This document shows positions 39,821-48,417 of a DNA stretch of 64,000 nucleotides, in pieces (position 1 is the stretch's first letter; each line of letters begins with the position of its first letter). Both the position numbers and the translations under genes were made by a program. The notes beneath the pieces are model-generated. The model was not told where the DNA came from, searched no databases, and was given only the letters and a program-made list of their open reading frames with translations. Origin of the DNA: a bacterium (lineage in GTDB: Bacteria > AUK180); NCBI GenBank assembly GCA_023133295.1, contig JAGLWT010000014.1, positions 1,259-65,258 of the forward strand, in the 5' to 3' direction.

Positions 39821-39975
39821 TTCGCAGAGCACAAGCGACAAGTGCACAGGGCACAGGGTTAGGAATGGATTAAAGATGCATACCTGGAAAAATCGTAGGG
39901 ACAGGGCTTGACCTGTCCTCTGGATGGGATGCGGGAAGATGAGTAAAGGAGAAATGAAGAATGAAGAATGAAAAG
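39821..39975. repeat. Composite intergenic repeat locus
   Basis: TTCGCAGAGCACAAGCGACAAGTGCACAGGGCACAGGG, the 28-bp hairpin motif (39890-39917) and GAATGAA x3 (39951-39974), which overlaps the start codon region of the next gene. Confidence 0.7.
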
Positions 39976-40773
39976 AGCAAGAGGTATTTTGGGATCATTT
40001 TATTTGCTTTAGCGTTTGCCGTTACGCTGGCATTCCCGATTTACAGCGCGCTATACAGAGGATGTATACCGTTTGATTCTTTAGGAACATCTCTGATTCT
40101 CGGTGTATTGATTATTTTTGTACTGTCATTGATAGTCGGAAATGTAGCGAAACTCAGATTTAATAAAGAGAATAAAGATATTGCAAAGAAAGCGTTAAGA
40201 AAATTCAATTTCAAGATGGATTCCGTATTTTTTCTGGCTATCGTGCTGTATTTCGTTGGCCTCGTCCTAAATATTTACATACTTCTGCTGATAATATGCG
40301 CTTTCTTTTTTGTGGGAATATTTATCCTTAAAAAAGAAGATCACGATATAGCGATCAGGGGATTAGCCCGTATTAATAGGCGGTTATCACTATTCTTTGG
40401 AATCGCTTTTGTGATCCTGTTTTTCAGCATTCCCAGCGGCGAATGGTATAGAAGTGATTCCAGTAGAAAGATATATATTATCAATATCACGATGATCGGC
40501 AAGCGCATCGAAAATTATGTAGAAAATGAACATAAATACCCGAAAGATTATAATGAGATGAAGGGAGAGTACTCTGTAGGTAACATACCCGATCTTGAAA
40601 AGATATATATTTACAAGATAGAGACAATTGACGGCAACAAGCAGTTTACAATAGAACATCCTGAACCGGAAGTATTCTTGATGAAAGAATCAAGATTGTC
40701 ATGCCCTGTAAGATGTGCCCGGATAAGGTATGTTGAGGGCAAGGGCATAGAGATAGTGAACAGTGAACAGTGA
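39961..40773 (+). CDS. Hypothetical integral membrane protein (270 aa)
   Basis: 4-5 TM helices in the N-terminal half and a soluble C-terminal domain with CPVRC. Both the start and the stop codon regions lie in heptamer repeats. Confidence 0.4.
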   Translation: MKNEKSKRYFGIILFALAFAVTLAFPIYSALYRGCIPFDSLGTSLILGVLIIFVLSLIVGNVAKLRFNKENKDIAKKALRKFNFKMDSVFFLAIVLYFVGLVLNIYILLLIICAFFFVGIFILKKEDHDIAIRGLARINRRLSLFFGIAFVILFFSIPSGEWYRSDSSRKIYIINITMIGKRIENYVENEHKYPKDYNEMKGEYSVGNIPDLEKIYIYKIETIDGNKQFTIEHPEPEVFLMKESRLSCPVRCARIRYVEGKGIEIVNSEQ

Positions 40774-40990
40774 AAAATGAAGAATGAAGAATTACAGAGC
40801 TCGGTTGGAGGACCGTAGACAATTGACAATGGACACGCTTCGCAGAGCACAAGCGACAAGTGCACAATGGACACGCTTCGCAGTGGACCCAGTGGAACAA
40901 CAGTCTGCTGTGCAGACTGAGTACGCCGTACTGTTTTTATCACCTTGTACCTCGTACATCGTACTTGATGGGCATGCAGTGCACAGCATA
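40755..40990. repeat. Composite intergenic repeat locus
   Basis: AGTGAAC x2 and AATGAAG x2. Tandem ATGGACACGCTTCGCAG x2 (40829-40845 and 40867-40883) with the GCACAAGCGACAAGTGCACA core. GTGGACCCAGTGGAAC. Small hairpins CAGTCTG-CTGTG-CAGACTG and TGCATGCA/GTGCAC palindromes. Confidence 0.7.
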
Positions 40991-43900
40991 TGATAAATCT
41001 TTTACCGGATTTCATTCAGAAAAAGTATGAAAAAGGCCAATCTCAGGGCAAGTTTTCCGCAGCGGTCCTTTTTCTGGATATCTCCGGTTTTACATCGATG
41101 ACAGAAAAGCTCATGGAGCACGGAAAAGAAGGTGCCGAGATAATGTCATCAATGATCAATAATATCTTCAACGATATGATCTCGATCGTCTACAAGAACG
41201 GCGGATTTATTTCAACCTTTGCGGGTGATGCTTTCACCGCGATCTTCAAAGGGAAATATTCGGCGAATGCGCTTCATTCCGCAAATTCCGTTATTCGGGA
41301 TCTCAAGGAGATCAGCATTCAGAAGTCTCGTTTTGGAACATTTAATATCGGAGTGAAGATAGGGATATCTCTTGGGACCGTGAAATGGGGGATCCTGGGC
41401 GATAAAGATGGATCCGTTTATTATTTTATGGGCGAACCCATTATCGCGGCTGCCGAATGTGAAAAGCATTGCAGCGCCGGTGAAGTGCTATTTGACGATA
41501 GTATTTTAGAGATGTTCGAAGCTGCCGTATCCTATAAAAAGCGCAGCGGCAAATACATTCTGACAGATGTCAAAACGGTACCTGTGGTTTGCAGGGACAG
41601 TAAAAAACAGATACAACGGTCAATAGCCGAGAAATTCCTCCCGGCTGAGATCCTTGAGCTCACTCTAATGGGAGAATTCAGGAACACCGCTTCTATTTTT
41701 TTTAATTTCGAAATGAAGAATTTCGGTTTCAAATCACTCAATGAATTCATCACTTTTGTCATGCATATTACAAGGCAGAACGGCGGATATCTGAATCTTC
41801 TTGATTTTGGCGACAAGGGGAATGTGATATTCATTGTGTTCGGAGCTCCGGTGTCATATGAGAACAATATTTTCAGGGCACTTGACCTTGTGAAGCGTAT
41901 CGGTTCTTTTGCTGAAAAAGTGAAGGGATTAACCATCAGAGGAGGCATTTCTTACGGCGCGGTTTATGCCGGTTTCATCGGTAATTCCGATAGAGGCACA
42001 TATACAATGATCGGTGATAATGTCAATCAGGCCGCGCGATTCGCTTCGAATGCTCAGAAAAAGCAAATCTGGACCGATGAAAATGTCGCGGACAAAATGT
42101 CAACTCATTATTCCTTTCTGGAATTACCGGTACAAAGATTAAAGGGCAAGGTAATAGGCGTGATCCCGTACATTTTAGGTGATAGAAAACTTGAGGATCT
42201 CGATCTGCAATTCAAGAGCCGTCTTGTGGGAAGAAAAAAAGAGCTCGGTGCTATTAAACGGTTCTCAAAACCAATATTTCAAAAAGGTTTTGCCGGAGTA
42301 TTTTACATCTACGGCACGGCAGGCATCGGCAAGTCCCGACTTATTTATGAATTTGCTTCGAATATCAGAGACAAGACTGACATTTTTGTAATGAAAACGG
42401 ATGATGTGGTCCGAAAACCCTTCAATCCGTTCATATATACTTTCAGTAGATATTTTCAGCAGAACCCTTCGATGAGTGAAGATGAAAATCACAAGACATT
42501 CGATATGATCTTCAATGACTTATTGTTATCCGCAAAGGCTTCTAAAGATCTCCGTGCTGGATATTCTATGAGTGAACTGAAAAGGACCAAGGCCATGCTG
42601 GCGGCACTTATAGGCCTTCGAACGGAAGGTACATTATATGACAAACTTGACCCGAAAGGGCGATATGAAAATACTCTCGTCGCGATCAAAGAGTTTTTCA
42701 AATTTCACAGTATTAAAAGACCCTTGGTCATGATACTTGAAGACATACATTGGCTGGACGCGGATTCAATTTCGTGCATGAAGGATCTCACAAGAAATAT
42801 TGATGACTTTCCGATGGCAGTGTTCGCATGCGCGAGACATGACAAGGACAAAGATGTGGTGCTTTCTTTAGAGAAAGAGGTCAGAACAAAAAAACTCCAT
42901 CTGCAAGCACTTTCCTCAGATGCCACCCTTGAGATCATCGGGGAATATCTGGGCTCTCCCCCTGATGGAAAACTCAAGGATTACATTGAGAACAAAACCC
43001 GCGGCAATCCTTTTTTTATTGAGCAATATTGCCTTTTCCTGAAGGAGAATGAATATATTTCTCTGAGAAATGAAGAATATGAGCTGAATATTTCCTCAGT
43101 GAAACTACCGGCAAATATCAGCGCGATCATCATCGCGAGGATAGATAAGCTCACAAAGAACATTAAAGACGCGATGTACACCGCCGCTGTCCTTGGGATG
43201 GAGTTCGATGTGAGAATACTTTCCGAGATGCTGAAGAGATCATACATCACAGATGTCCTGACAGCCGGGGAAAATGAGGACCTTTGGCATTCCATTTCCG
43301 AGATCAGGTATATCTTCAAGCATTCACTTCTAAGAGAAACTGCTTATGAAATGCAGCTTCGTTCACGCCTTAGAAAGCTTCACGGTATCGCCGCCGGCGC
43401 GATGAGTGAGATATATGAAGGCAAAGAGGACTATTATTCAGACCTCGCATATCATTACGAGATGGCTGAAGAGATCGAAGATGCCAGAAAATTCCTGAGA
43501 TTGAGCGCTGAATATTCACAAAGAAACTTCAAAAATGCCGACGCGCTTGAGAAATTCAACCGGCTTTTAAAATATAATAAAACTCCGGCTGAAGAAGTAA
43601 TGCTGCAGAATCAGATAGTTCAAATTCATACTCTTTTGGGTGATTATAAGAAAGCCCTTGAATTGTCTGAATCAAATAGAAAACTGGCTGAAAAGACAAG
43701 AGATACCGATATTATCCTTTCCGCTGTTCTGGAGTGGTCCAAGGTGATGCTTTTTTTTCAGAAGTACTCCGAAGTCAGAGAAGTACTTGCCGAGTATCTG
43801 AAAAAGAGCATAAGAGACTCCAGATCTCTTTTTGATGTGCATATTACGATTTCAAATTCCTATTACTATTCAGGACTTCTTAACGAAGCCAGTGAATATG

Positions 43901-45180
43901 CTGAAAAGGGGTTGAAAATAGCTTTAGAGAACGGATTGAATAAAGATACAACCCGTGCCTACGGCATGCTCGGGATCATCAATATGTTCATCGGGAAGTA
44001 TCCTGAAGCACTTGGATACCTGAGAAAGCAAAAAGAGATTGCCGAAAGATCAGATAATCTTCGTCAATCTGTCACCGCCACGGCAAATATTGGGAACATC
44101 TTCTATCATATGAGTAAATTTCAAGAAGCGATGGATAGGTATTATGATTTTCTTAAAGAAGCACAAAAGATGGGTGATCGGTTATTAATTGGGATGGCAT
44201 ACGGAAATATTGCCAATATCCATTTCATTCATGGGGAGCATGAAAAAGCCCTTGAACTTTATCGGAAACAACTCGATATAAGCCTTGAAATGGGGGATAA
44301 AACCACACTGACAAATGTATATTCAAATATCGGTTCTGTATTTCAATTGACCGGAAAATATGAAAAAGCTATTGAATGGATGAAAAAAGTCCGGGCGATC
44401 TCGGAAAAATCCGAGAATATTCTAGGGATCATTAACTCGCATTTCAAAACAGGGATGATCTATGCTGAAATGGAAAGACACAGGAAAGCCATCCAGGAAT
44501 TTAAATTGGCTGAAAAATTTATAAGAAATTCGCAATCTTCAACTCTTCTGGCTTCAATTTGCATGAATCTTGCGGAAAATCTGATATTTCTCGACCGTTT
44601 CAAAGAGGCAGAGAGATATCTGAAAGAGGGCTATGAAACTGCTGTTATTACAGGGGAAAAATTGAATATCTGTAACTATCATGAGATCTCCGGGTTACTG
44701 TTGAGTGAATTGGAAAGATACAGGGAAGCTATTGAAGAATTCAAACAGGCGATCAAGGTTGGAAATGAGGTCAAGGAGATAAAAAAAGTAATGCTTTCGC
44801 AGTTTCTGATAAGTGTTAGCTTAATAAAACTCAAGGATCACAAAGGAGCCAGAGAATATCTGGAGATGTCCAGAAAGAATGCGGAGATACTTGGTAATGA
44901 AGTGTCTATTCAGCATATTGAATTTTACGATCTCAAGTTGAGGTCAATTGAGGAGAACGACTTTGATCACAAGGAGGTAATCGAGTTTTTGCGGACAACG
45001 AGCGTAGTTAAGCTAAAGATAGAATCCTGTATACTTCTCCATGAACTTACCGCAGACAGATCATATGTGAAAAAAGGTCTTGATCATTGTGACAAAGAAT
45101 TAAAAAGAAACAAAGAGCTCTATGAGATAAAAAAGTTTAGAAAGGAACTGCTGAAATTAAAGGCTCAATTCAACGATTGA
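40990..45180 (+). CDS. Large signalling protein: two tandem class III cyclase domains + AAA/STAND-type ATPase + C-terminal TPR array
   Basis: Cyclase domain 1 at ~aa 20-200 (FLDISGFTSMTE…, FAGDAFTAIF) and cyclase domain 2 at ~aa 230-400 (…GDKGNVIFIVFG…, IGDNVNQAARFAS). P-loop FYIYGTAGIGKSRL. About 600 aa of TPR-like repeats. Confidence 0.75.
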   Translation: MINLLPDFIQKKYEKGQSQGKFSAAVLFLDISGFTSMTEKLMEHGKEGAEIMSSMINNIFNDMISIVYKNGGFISTFAGDAFTAIFKGKYSANALHSANSVIRDLKEISIQKSRFGTFNIGVKIGISLGTVKWGILGDKDGSVYYFMGEPIIAAAECEKHCSAGEVLFDDSILEMFEAAVSYKKRSGKYILTDVKTVPVVCRDSKKQIQRSIAEKFLPAEILELTLMGEFRNTASIFFNFEMKNFGFKSLNEFITFVMHITRQNGGYLNLLDFGDKGNVIFIVFGAPVSYENNIFRALDLVKRIGSFAEKVKGLTIRGGISYGAVYAGFIGNSDRGTYTMIGDNVNQAARFASNAQKKQIWTDENVADKMSTHYSFLELPVQRLKGKVIGVIPYILGDRKLEDLDLQFKSRLVGRKKELGAIKRFSKPIFQKGFAGVFYIYGTAGIGKSRLIYEFASNIRDKTDIFVMKTDDVVRKPFNPFIYTFSRYFQQNPSMSEDENHKTFDMIFNDLLLSAKASKDLRAGYSMSELKRTKAMLAALIGLRTEGTLYDKLDPKGRYENTLVAIKEFFKFHSIKRPLVMILEDIHWLDADSISCMKDLTRNIDDFPMAVFACARHDKDKDVVLSLEKEVRTKKLHLQALSSDATLEIIGEYLGSPPDGKLKDYIENKTRGNPFFIEQYCLFLKENEYISLRNEEYELNISSVKLPANISAIIIARIDKLTKNIKDAMYTAAVLGMEFDVRILSEMLKRSYITDVLTAGENEDLWHSISEIRYIFKHSLLRETAYEMQLRSRLRKLHGIAAGAMSEIYEGKEDYYSDLAYHYEMAEEIEDARKFLRLSAEYSQRNFKNADALEKFNRLLKYNKTPAEEVMLQNQIVQIHTLLGDYKKALELSESNRKLAEKTRDTDIILSAVLEWSKVMLFFQKYSEVREVLAEYLKKSIRDSRSLFDVHITISNSYYYSGLLNEASEYAEKGLKIALENGLNKDTTRAYGMLGIINMFIGKYPEALGYLRKQKEIAERSDNLRQSVTATANIGNIFYHMSKFQEAMDRYYDFLKEAQKMGDRLLIGMAYGNIANIHFIHGEHEKALELYRKQLDISLEMGDKTTLTNVYSNIGSVFQLTGKYEKAIEWMKKVRAISEKSENILGIINSHFKTGMIYAEMERHRKAIQEFKLAEKFIRNSQSSTLLASICMNLAENLIFLDRFKEAERYLKEGYETAVITGEKLNICNYHEISGLLLSELERYREAIEEFKQAIKVGNEVKEIKKVMLSQFLISVSLIKLKDHKGAREYLEMSRKNAEILGNEVSIQHIEFYDLKLRSIEENDFDHKEVIEFLRTTSVVKLKIESCILLHELTADRSYVKKGLDHCDKELKRNKELYEIKKFRKELLKLKAQFND

Positions 45181-45329
45181 AATCTCACATTGTAGTATCA
45201 TTAAAGATATTTTCTGCTCTTAATGATCTTAAACACAGAGAATGAATATTCTGATACAAAACTCGCGAAATGCTTGACTTTAAAGTATTAAAGTGCTACA
45301 ACGAACGAATTAATAATTGGAGGGACCCC

Positions 45330-45653
45330 ATGAAAAAATCATTTCTCGTACTTCTCTTTGTTGCTTTAATAGCAGGTTTTGCCTTTGCTGATAATTATGT
45401 GATAGCAAGACCGCTCCAGAATGGGAACTATCAGGTATTTGCTTGTAACGAGACAGTTTACACTCAGCTTTCCGCAACAGATAAACTTGTTGACTGTTAC
45501 ATTTACACCACAGAACTTTCTCTTGCCGAACTTGCTCAACTTGGTATCATAGGCGTATATTCCGCTGAAGAATTATTGGACGAAGTGAATTTCTCCTCAT
45601 TTCCTAGTGGGGGTGCAGCCCCAACGCCAAATGTCCCAATGCCATGGAGCTAA
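45330..45653 (+). CDS. Small secreted hypothetical protein
   Basis: GGAGG before the ATG at 45330. Signal peptide ending FAFA, and two Cys. Confidence 0.4.
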   Translation: MKKSFLVLLFVALIAGFAFADNYVIARPLQNGNYQVFACNETVYTQLSATDKLVDCYIYTTELSLAELAQLGIIGVYSAEELLDEVNFSSFPSGGAAPTPNVPMPWS

Positions 45654-45759
45654 CCAACTAACAAGAAATTAAACACCAGTATCTGCGTAATAATAGGCGT
45701 TGTTCTTAAGCAGCGCCTGCGCATTAATTGAGAACATCCTCCACACATCTTTTGATGTA

Positions 45760-45990
45760 ATTCTGATTGAGCGGATCGTCTGGCATTTGCTTCTTGTGCT
45801 TTCCCACTTTACACTTCACCCCTCACACTTCTATGAAAGAAAAAGTCAAGCCCTTCTAAAAAATATATTGTTTGTCGAACGAGATCCTGTCGACCAATCT
45901 TCTATTCGCTCCCGATATAGCAAGATAAATGTCCGACGAGGGCTCCCTAATCTTCACAAAAATTCTTCACAATTAGTGTGAGGTGAGGGC
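45760..45990. repeat. Composite intergenic repeat locus
   Basis: TTCTGATT motif, a CTTCTTGTGC…CCACTTTACACTTCACCCCTCACACTTC array (reverse complement of 34191-34220) and GTGTGAGGTGAGGG at 45975-45988. It abuts the IS110 remnant. Confidence 0.6.
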
Positions 45991-45997
45991 AGCCCAT

Positions 45998-46219
45998 TTA
46001 ATTCATGTTTACATACCTTTCCTGATATTCACGATTTTCTTTAAGCATATGATAAATGATTTCTGACAATCTCCGCGCAACCGCACAGATAGCAACATTA
46101 GCTTTCTTTTTCTCCCTTTTCTTGCCATAGTATGATTTCAGATAATAACAATGCACAATAGATGACCAGCTTGCTTCAATAAGAGCTGTTTTCAAATATT
46201 TGTTGCACGAATGCGTCAA
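45998..46219 (-). mobile_element. IS110-family transposase C-terminal fragment (remnant/pseudogene)
   Basis: The 73-aa ORF …KKANVAICAVARRLSEIIYHMLKENREY… matches the conserved C-terminal Transposase_20 region of IS110/IS1111 transposases. The N-terminal DEDD domain is absent. Confidence 0.5.
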
Positions 46220-46369
46220 ATGACCGAAATGTTAAAAATACTTAGGAAGCTTCACGGAAAGAAGTAGAGCCACTGGAAAAAAAGATACTTTCTCTTGAAA
46301 AATTGTGCAAAATATGCTATAAAATACATGTTCGTGGTTCGCGAACAGCGAACGCGAGTGTGATGGAGT

Positions 46370-46879
46370 ATGATAATGAATTTGAAGCCGCAGGATATTG
46401 TAGTATTACTGAGGGTCTTTCTGTATAAAGAAAAATCATGGTCGATAAGAGTGATCTCTAATTCTATCGCCATAAGCAATTCCGAAGTACATATGGCTAT
46501 TAAGCGATGTAAAGATTCGGGACTTATCAATCCGGTAAGTGGAAGGGTAAGTACTTCGGCAATGGCGGAATTCCTTATTCACGGGCTGAAGTATGCTTTT
46601 CCCGCAGAAATAGGTCCTCCCTCAAGAGGGCTTCCCACCGCCCATTCCGCTAAACCGGTATCCGATATAATCAGCTCGGAAGAAATTTATATTTGGCCAT
46701 ACAGCAAGGGGAAAATTAAGGGAATAAGTATCTTGCCATTGTATAAAACTGTTCCGATAGCTGCTTTAAATGATTCCGGAATGTATGAATTTCTGGCATT
46801 AATAGATTCTCTCCGCATTGGTAGGGTCAGAGAAGTAAAGATAGCAAGAGAGCAATTGCTTCAAAGGATCAATAAATAA
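46370..46879 (+). CDS. Putative winged-HTH protein, candidate AbiEi-like antitoxin/regulator
   Basis: N-terminal wHTH-like segment (LKPQDIVVLLRV…ISNSEVHMAIKRCKDSGLI). Its stop (TAA) directly abuts the ATG of the downstream nucleotidyltransferase. Confidence 0.35.
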   Translation: MIMNLKPQDIVVLLRVFLYKEKSWSIRVISNSIAISNSEVHMAIKRCKDSGLINPVSGRVSTSAMAEFLIHGLKYAFPAEIGPPSRGLPTAHSAKPVSDIISSEEIYIWPYSKGKIKGISILPLYKTVPIAALNDSGMYEFLALIDSLRIGRVREVKIAREQLLQRINK

Positions 46880-47575
46880 ATGATTAGACGCTCAAATCTG
46901 ATTTCTGAAATAGAAAAAATAGCTCTTGCATTGGAAGAATTGAAAGACCAAGTTGTGTTTGTAGGCGGTTCTGTTGTCCCTCTCTATATCGAAAATCCAG
47001 CAGTCTCAGATTTCAGACCGACGAAAGATATTGATTGCATCATCCAGATTCAAAGCAGAATGATGTATTACAATCTTGAAAAAATCATGAGAAGTAAGGG
47101 ATTCGAAAATTCTACAAACGGCGATGATCCGATCTGTCGCTGGATATATGATGAGAGTTTAATTGATGTCATGCCTACTGATGAGTCCATATTGGGGTTT
47201 ACAAATAAATGGCATGGAAAAGGTTTTAATGAGGCCGAGGACATTGAAATTATAAATGGTCTGCGCATCAAAATTTTGCCTTTGTCCTTCTTTATTGCGG
47301 CTAAGATCGAAGCTCACAATGGCAGAGCGGAGGATCTCAGGATAAGTGAGGATTTCGAGGATGTTATTACAATTATTGATGGACAAATTGATTTAGCGGA
47401 TTTTGGAAAGTATTTTCCCAGTGATGTAAAGGAGTATATAAAATCTCAGTTTGTGGTGTTCTTGCGGCGGAAAGAGTTTTCAGAGAGCATTTACGCGCAT
47501 GTTCAGTCTGGACTCGAGAGAAAAGATCGGGCCAAAGAAATCATTGCTATTATTAATACTTTTGCGAATTCTTAA
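46880..47575 (+). CDS. Nucleotidyltransferase-fold protein, candidate AbiEii/DUF1814-like toxin
   Basis: The pattern hGGS…(x17)…DIDCI (VFVGGSVVPLYI…RPTKDIDCI) is typical of minimal NTase-fold toxins, and the ~230-aa size fits AbiEii. Confidence 0.4.
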   Translation: MIRRSNLISEIEKIALALEELKDQVVFVGGSVVPLYIENPAVSDFRPTKDIDCIIQIQSRMMYYNLEKIMRSKGFENSTNGDDPICRWIYDESLIDVMPTDESILGFTNKWHGKGFNEAEDIEIINGLRIKILPLSFFIAAKIEAHNGRAEDLRISEDFEDVITIIDGQIDLADFGKYFPSDVKEYIKSQFVVFLRRKEFSESIYAHVQSGLERKDRAKEIIAIINTFANS

Positions 47576-47595
47576 CGGAATCCATCTTTTCTTCA

Positions 47596-47626
47596 CGTTA
47601 CACGCTACACGTTATACGTCACACGG
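47596..47626. repeat. Heptamer array TTACACG CTACACG TTATACG TCACACG
   Basis: Four tandem 7-bp units immediately upstream of a canonical promoter. Confidence 0.6.
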
Positions 47627-47633
47627 AAACGCC

Positions 47634-47662
47634 TTGAAAACATAACGGAAAAGTAATATAAT
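47634..47662 (+). promoter_or_regulatory. Sigma70-type promoter TTGAAA-17 bp-TATAAT for the TPR membrane protein gene
   Basis: TTGAAA at 47634-47639, a 17-bp spacer, TATAAT at 47657-47662, then AGGAG and the ATG at 47703. Confidence 0.55.
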
Positions 47663-47702
47663 GTTAAAATATTATACTTAATATACACATAGGAGCATCG
47701 AG

Positions 47703-48416
47703 ATGAAAAAACTTAAAAAGGAAGGCGGAAAGAGGAAGCCTCTATTTGTCAAATTACAAGAGATCTGGAATGATCCCGCGTCAAGAAAAAAAGCTGATAA
47801 TTATTTCTTTTTTGGCCTGATAGTCGTGCTTGTAATAATCGGCGCATTTCAGACGGTATCCCTTCGAGATAAGCAAAGCGTTATCAAGTTAAAAGAAGCT
47901 GTAAATGTACTTTCCGAGATCACCAAGGAAGAGCAGCCCAATAACACCGATTCGATCTACGATACATTGGAAGACAAGAATATCGCTGCCTTAAAGAAAC
48001 TTGAGATCGTGATAGACAAACAGAAATTTACCAAAGGGGCAAGAGATGCAAAGTTCTTCAAGGGCGTTGTCCTCTCCAAGCTCAAAAGATACGAAGAAGC
48101 CGCCAAGGTATTTGAAACATATTACGATAAGCATTCCCGCTCGCCTTATGCCCCGTTGGCGCTGATGAATTGGGGCATATCATATGAGCTGTCCCAGGAT
48201 TTCGCGAAGTCCGCTGAGATCTATAAAAAGGGACTGAAGGCATTTCATGGAAGCATATATGAGCCCTATTTCGCCTATTACTGCTCGCTTTCATTGGAAG
48301 CGCAGGGAAAGGTGGATGAAGCTGCCGAGGTTCTTGAAGGATACAAGGACTTTGATGGAGAAGCGATGATCGCATCCGACATTCAGATCAAGGCGAGGTA
48401 CTTCCTTTCCAGATAA
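47703..48416 (+). CDS. Membrane-anchored TPR-repeat protein (YfgM-like)
   Basis: Basic N-terminus, one TM helix and TPR-like helical repeats. Confidence 0.5.
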   Translation: MKKLKKEGGKRKPLFVKLQEIWNDPASRKKADNYFFFGLIVVLVIIGAFQTVSLRDKQSVIKLKEAVNVLSEITKEEQPNNTDSIYDTLEDKNIAALKKLEIVIDKQKFTKGARDAKFFKGVVLSKLKRYEEAAKVFETYYDKHSRSPYAPLALMNWGISYELSQDFAKSAEIYKKGLKAFHGSIYEPYFAYYCSLSLEAQGKVDEAAEVLEGYKDFDGEAMIASDIQIKARYFLSR

Positions 48417-48417
48417 G

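Noticed and set aside
40611-41015. Minus-strand ORFs 40611..41015, 40646..40900, 40792..40989 and + ORF 40784..40993, and similarly 39425..39847
   Set aside because: They are translations of the intergenic repeat arrays. The same peptide (HLSLVLCEA) appears at two unrelated loci because the underlying repeat is shared. No ribosome-binding sites.
45180-45330. Weak hairpin ATCATTAAAG…CTCTTAATGAT after the giant STAND gene as a terminator
   Set aside because: 8-bp AT-rich stem with a 15-nt loop and no following T tract, which is too weak to call. A possible TTGACT-17-TACAAC promoter for the next gene is also too weak to list.
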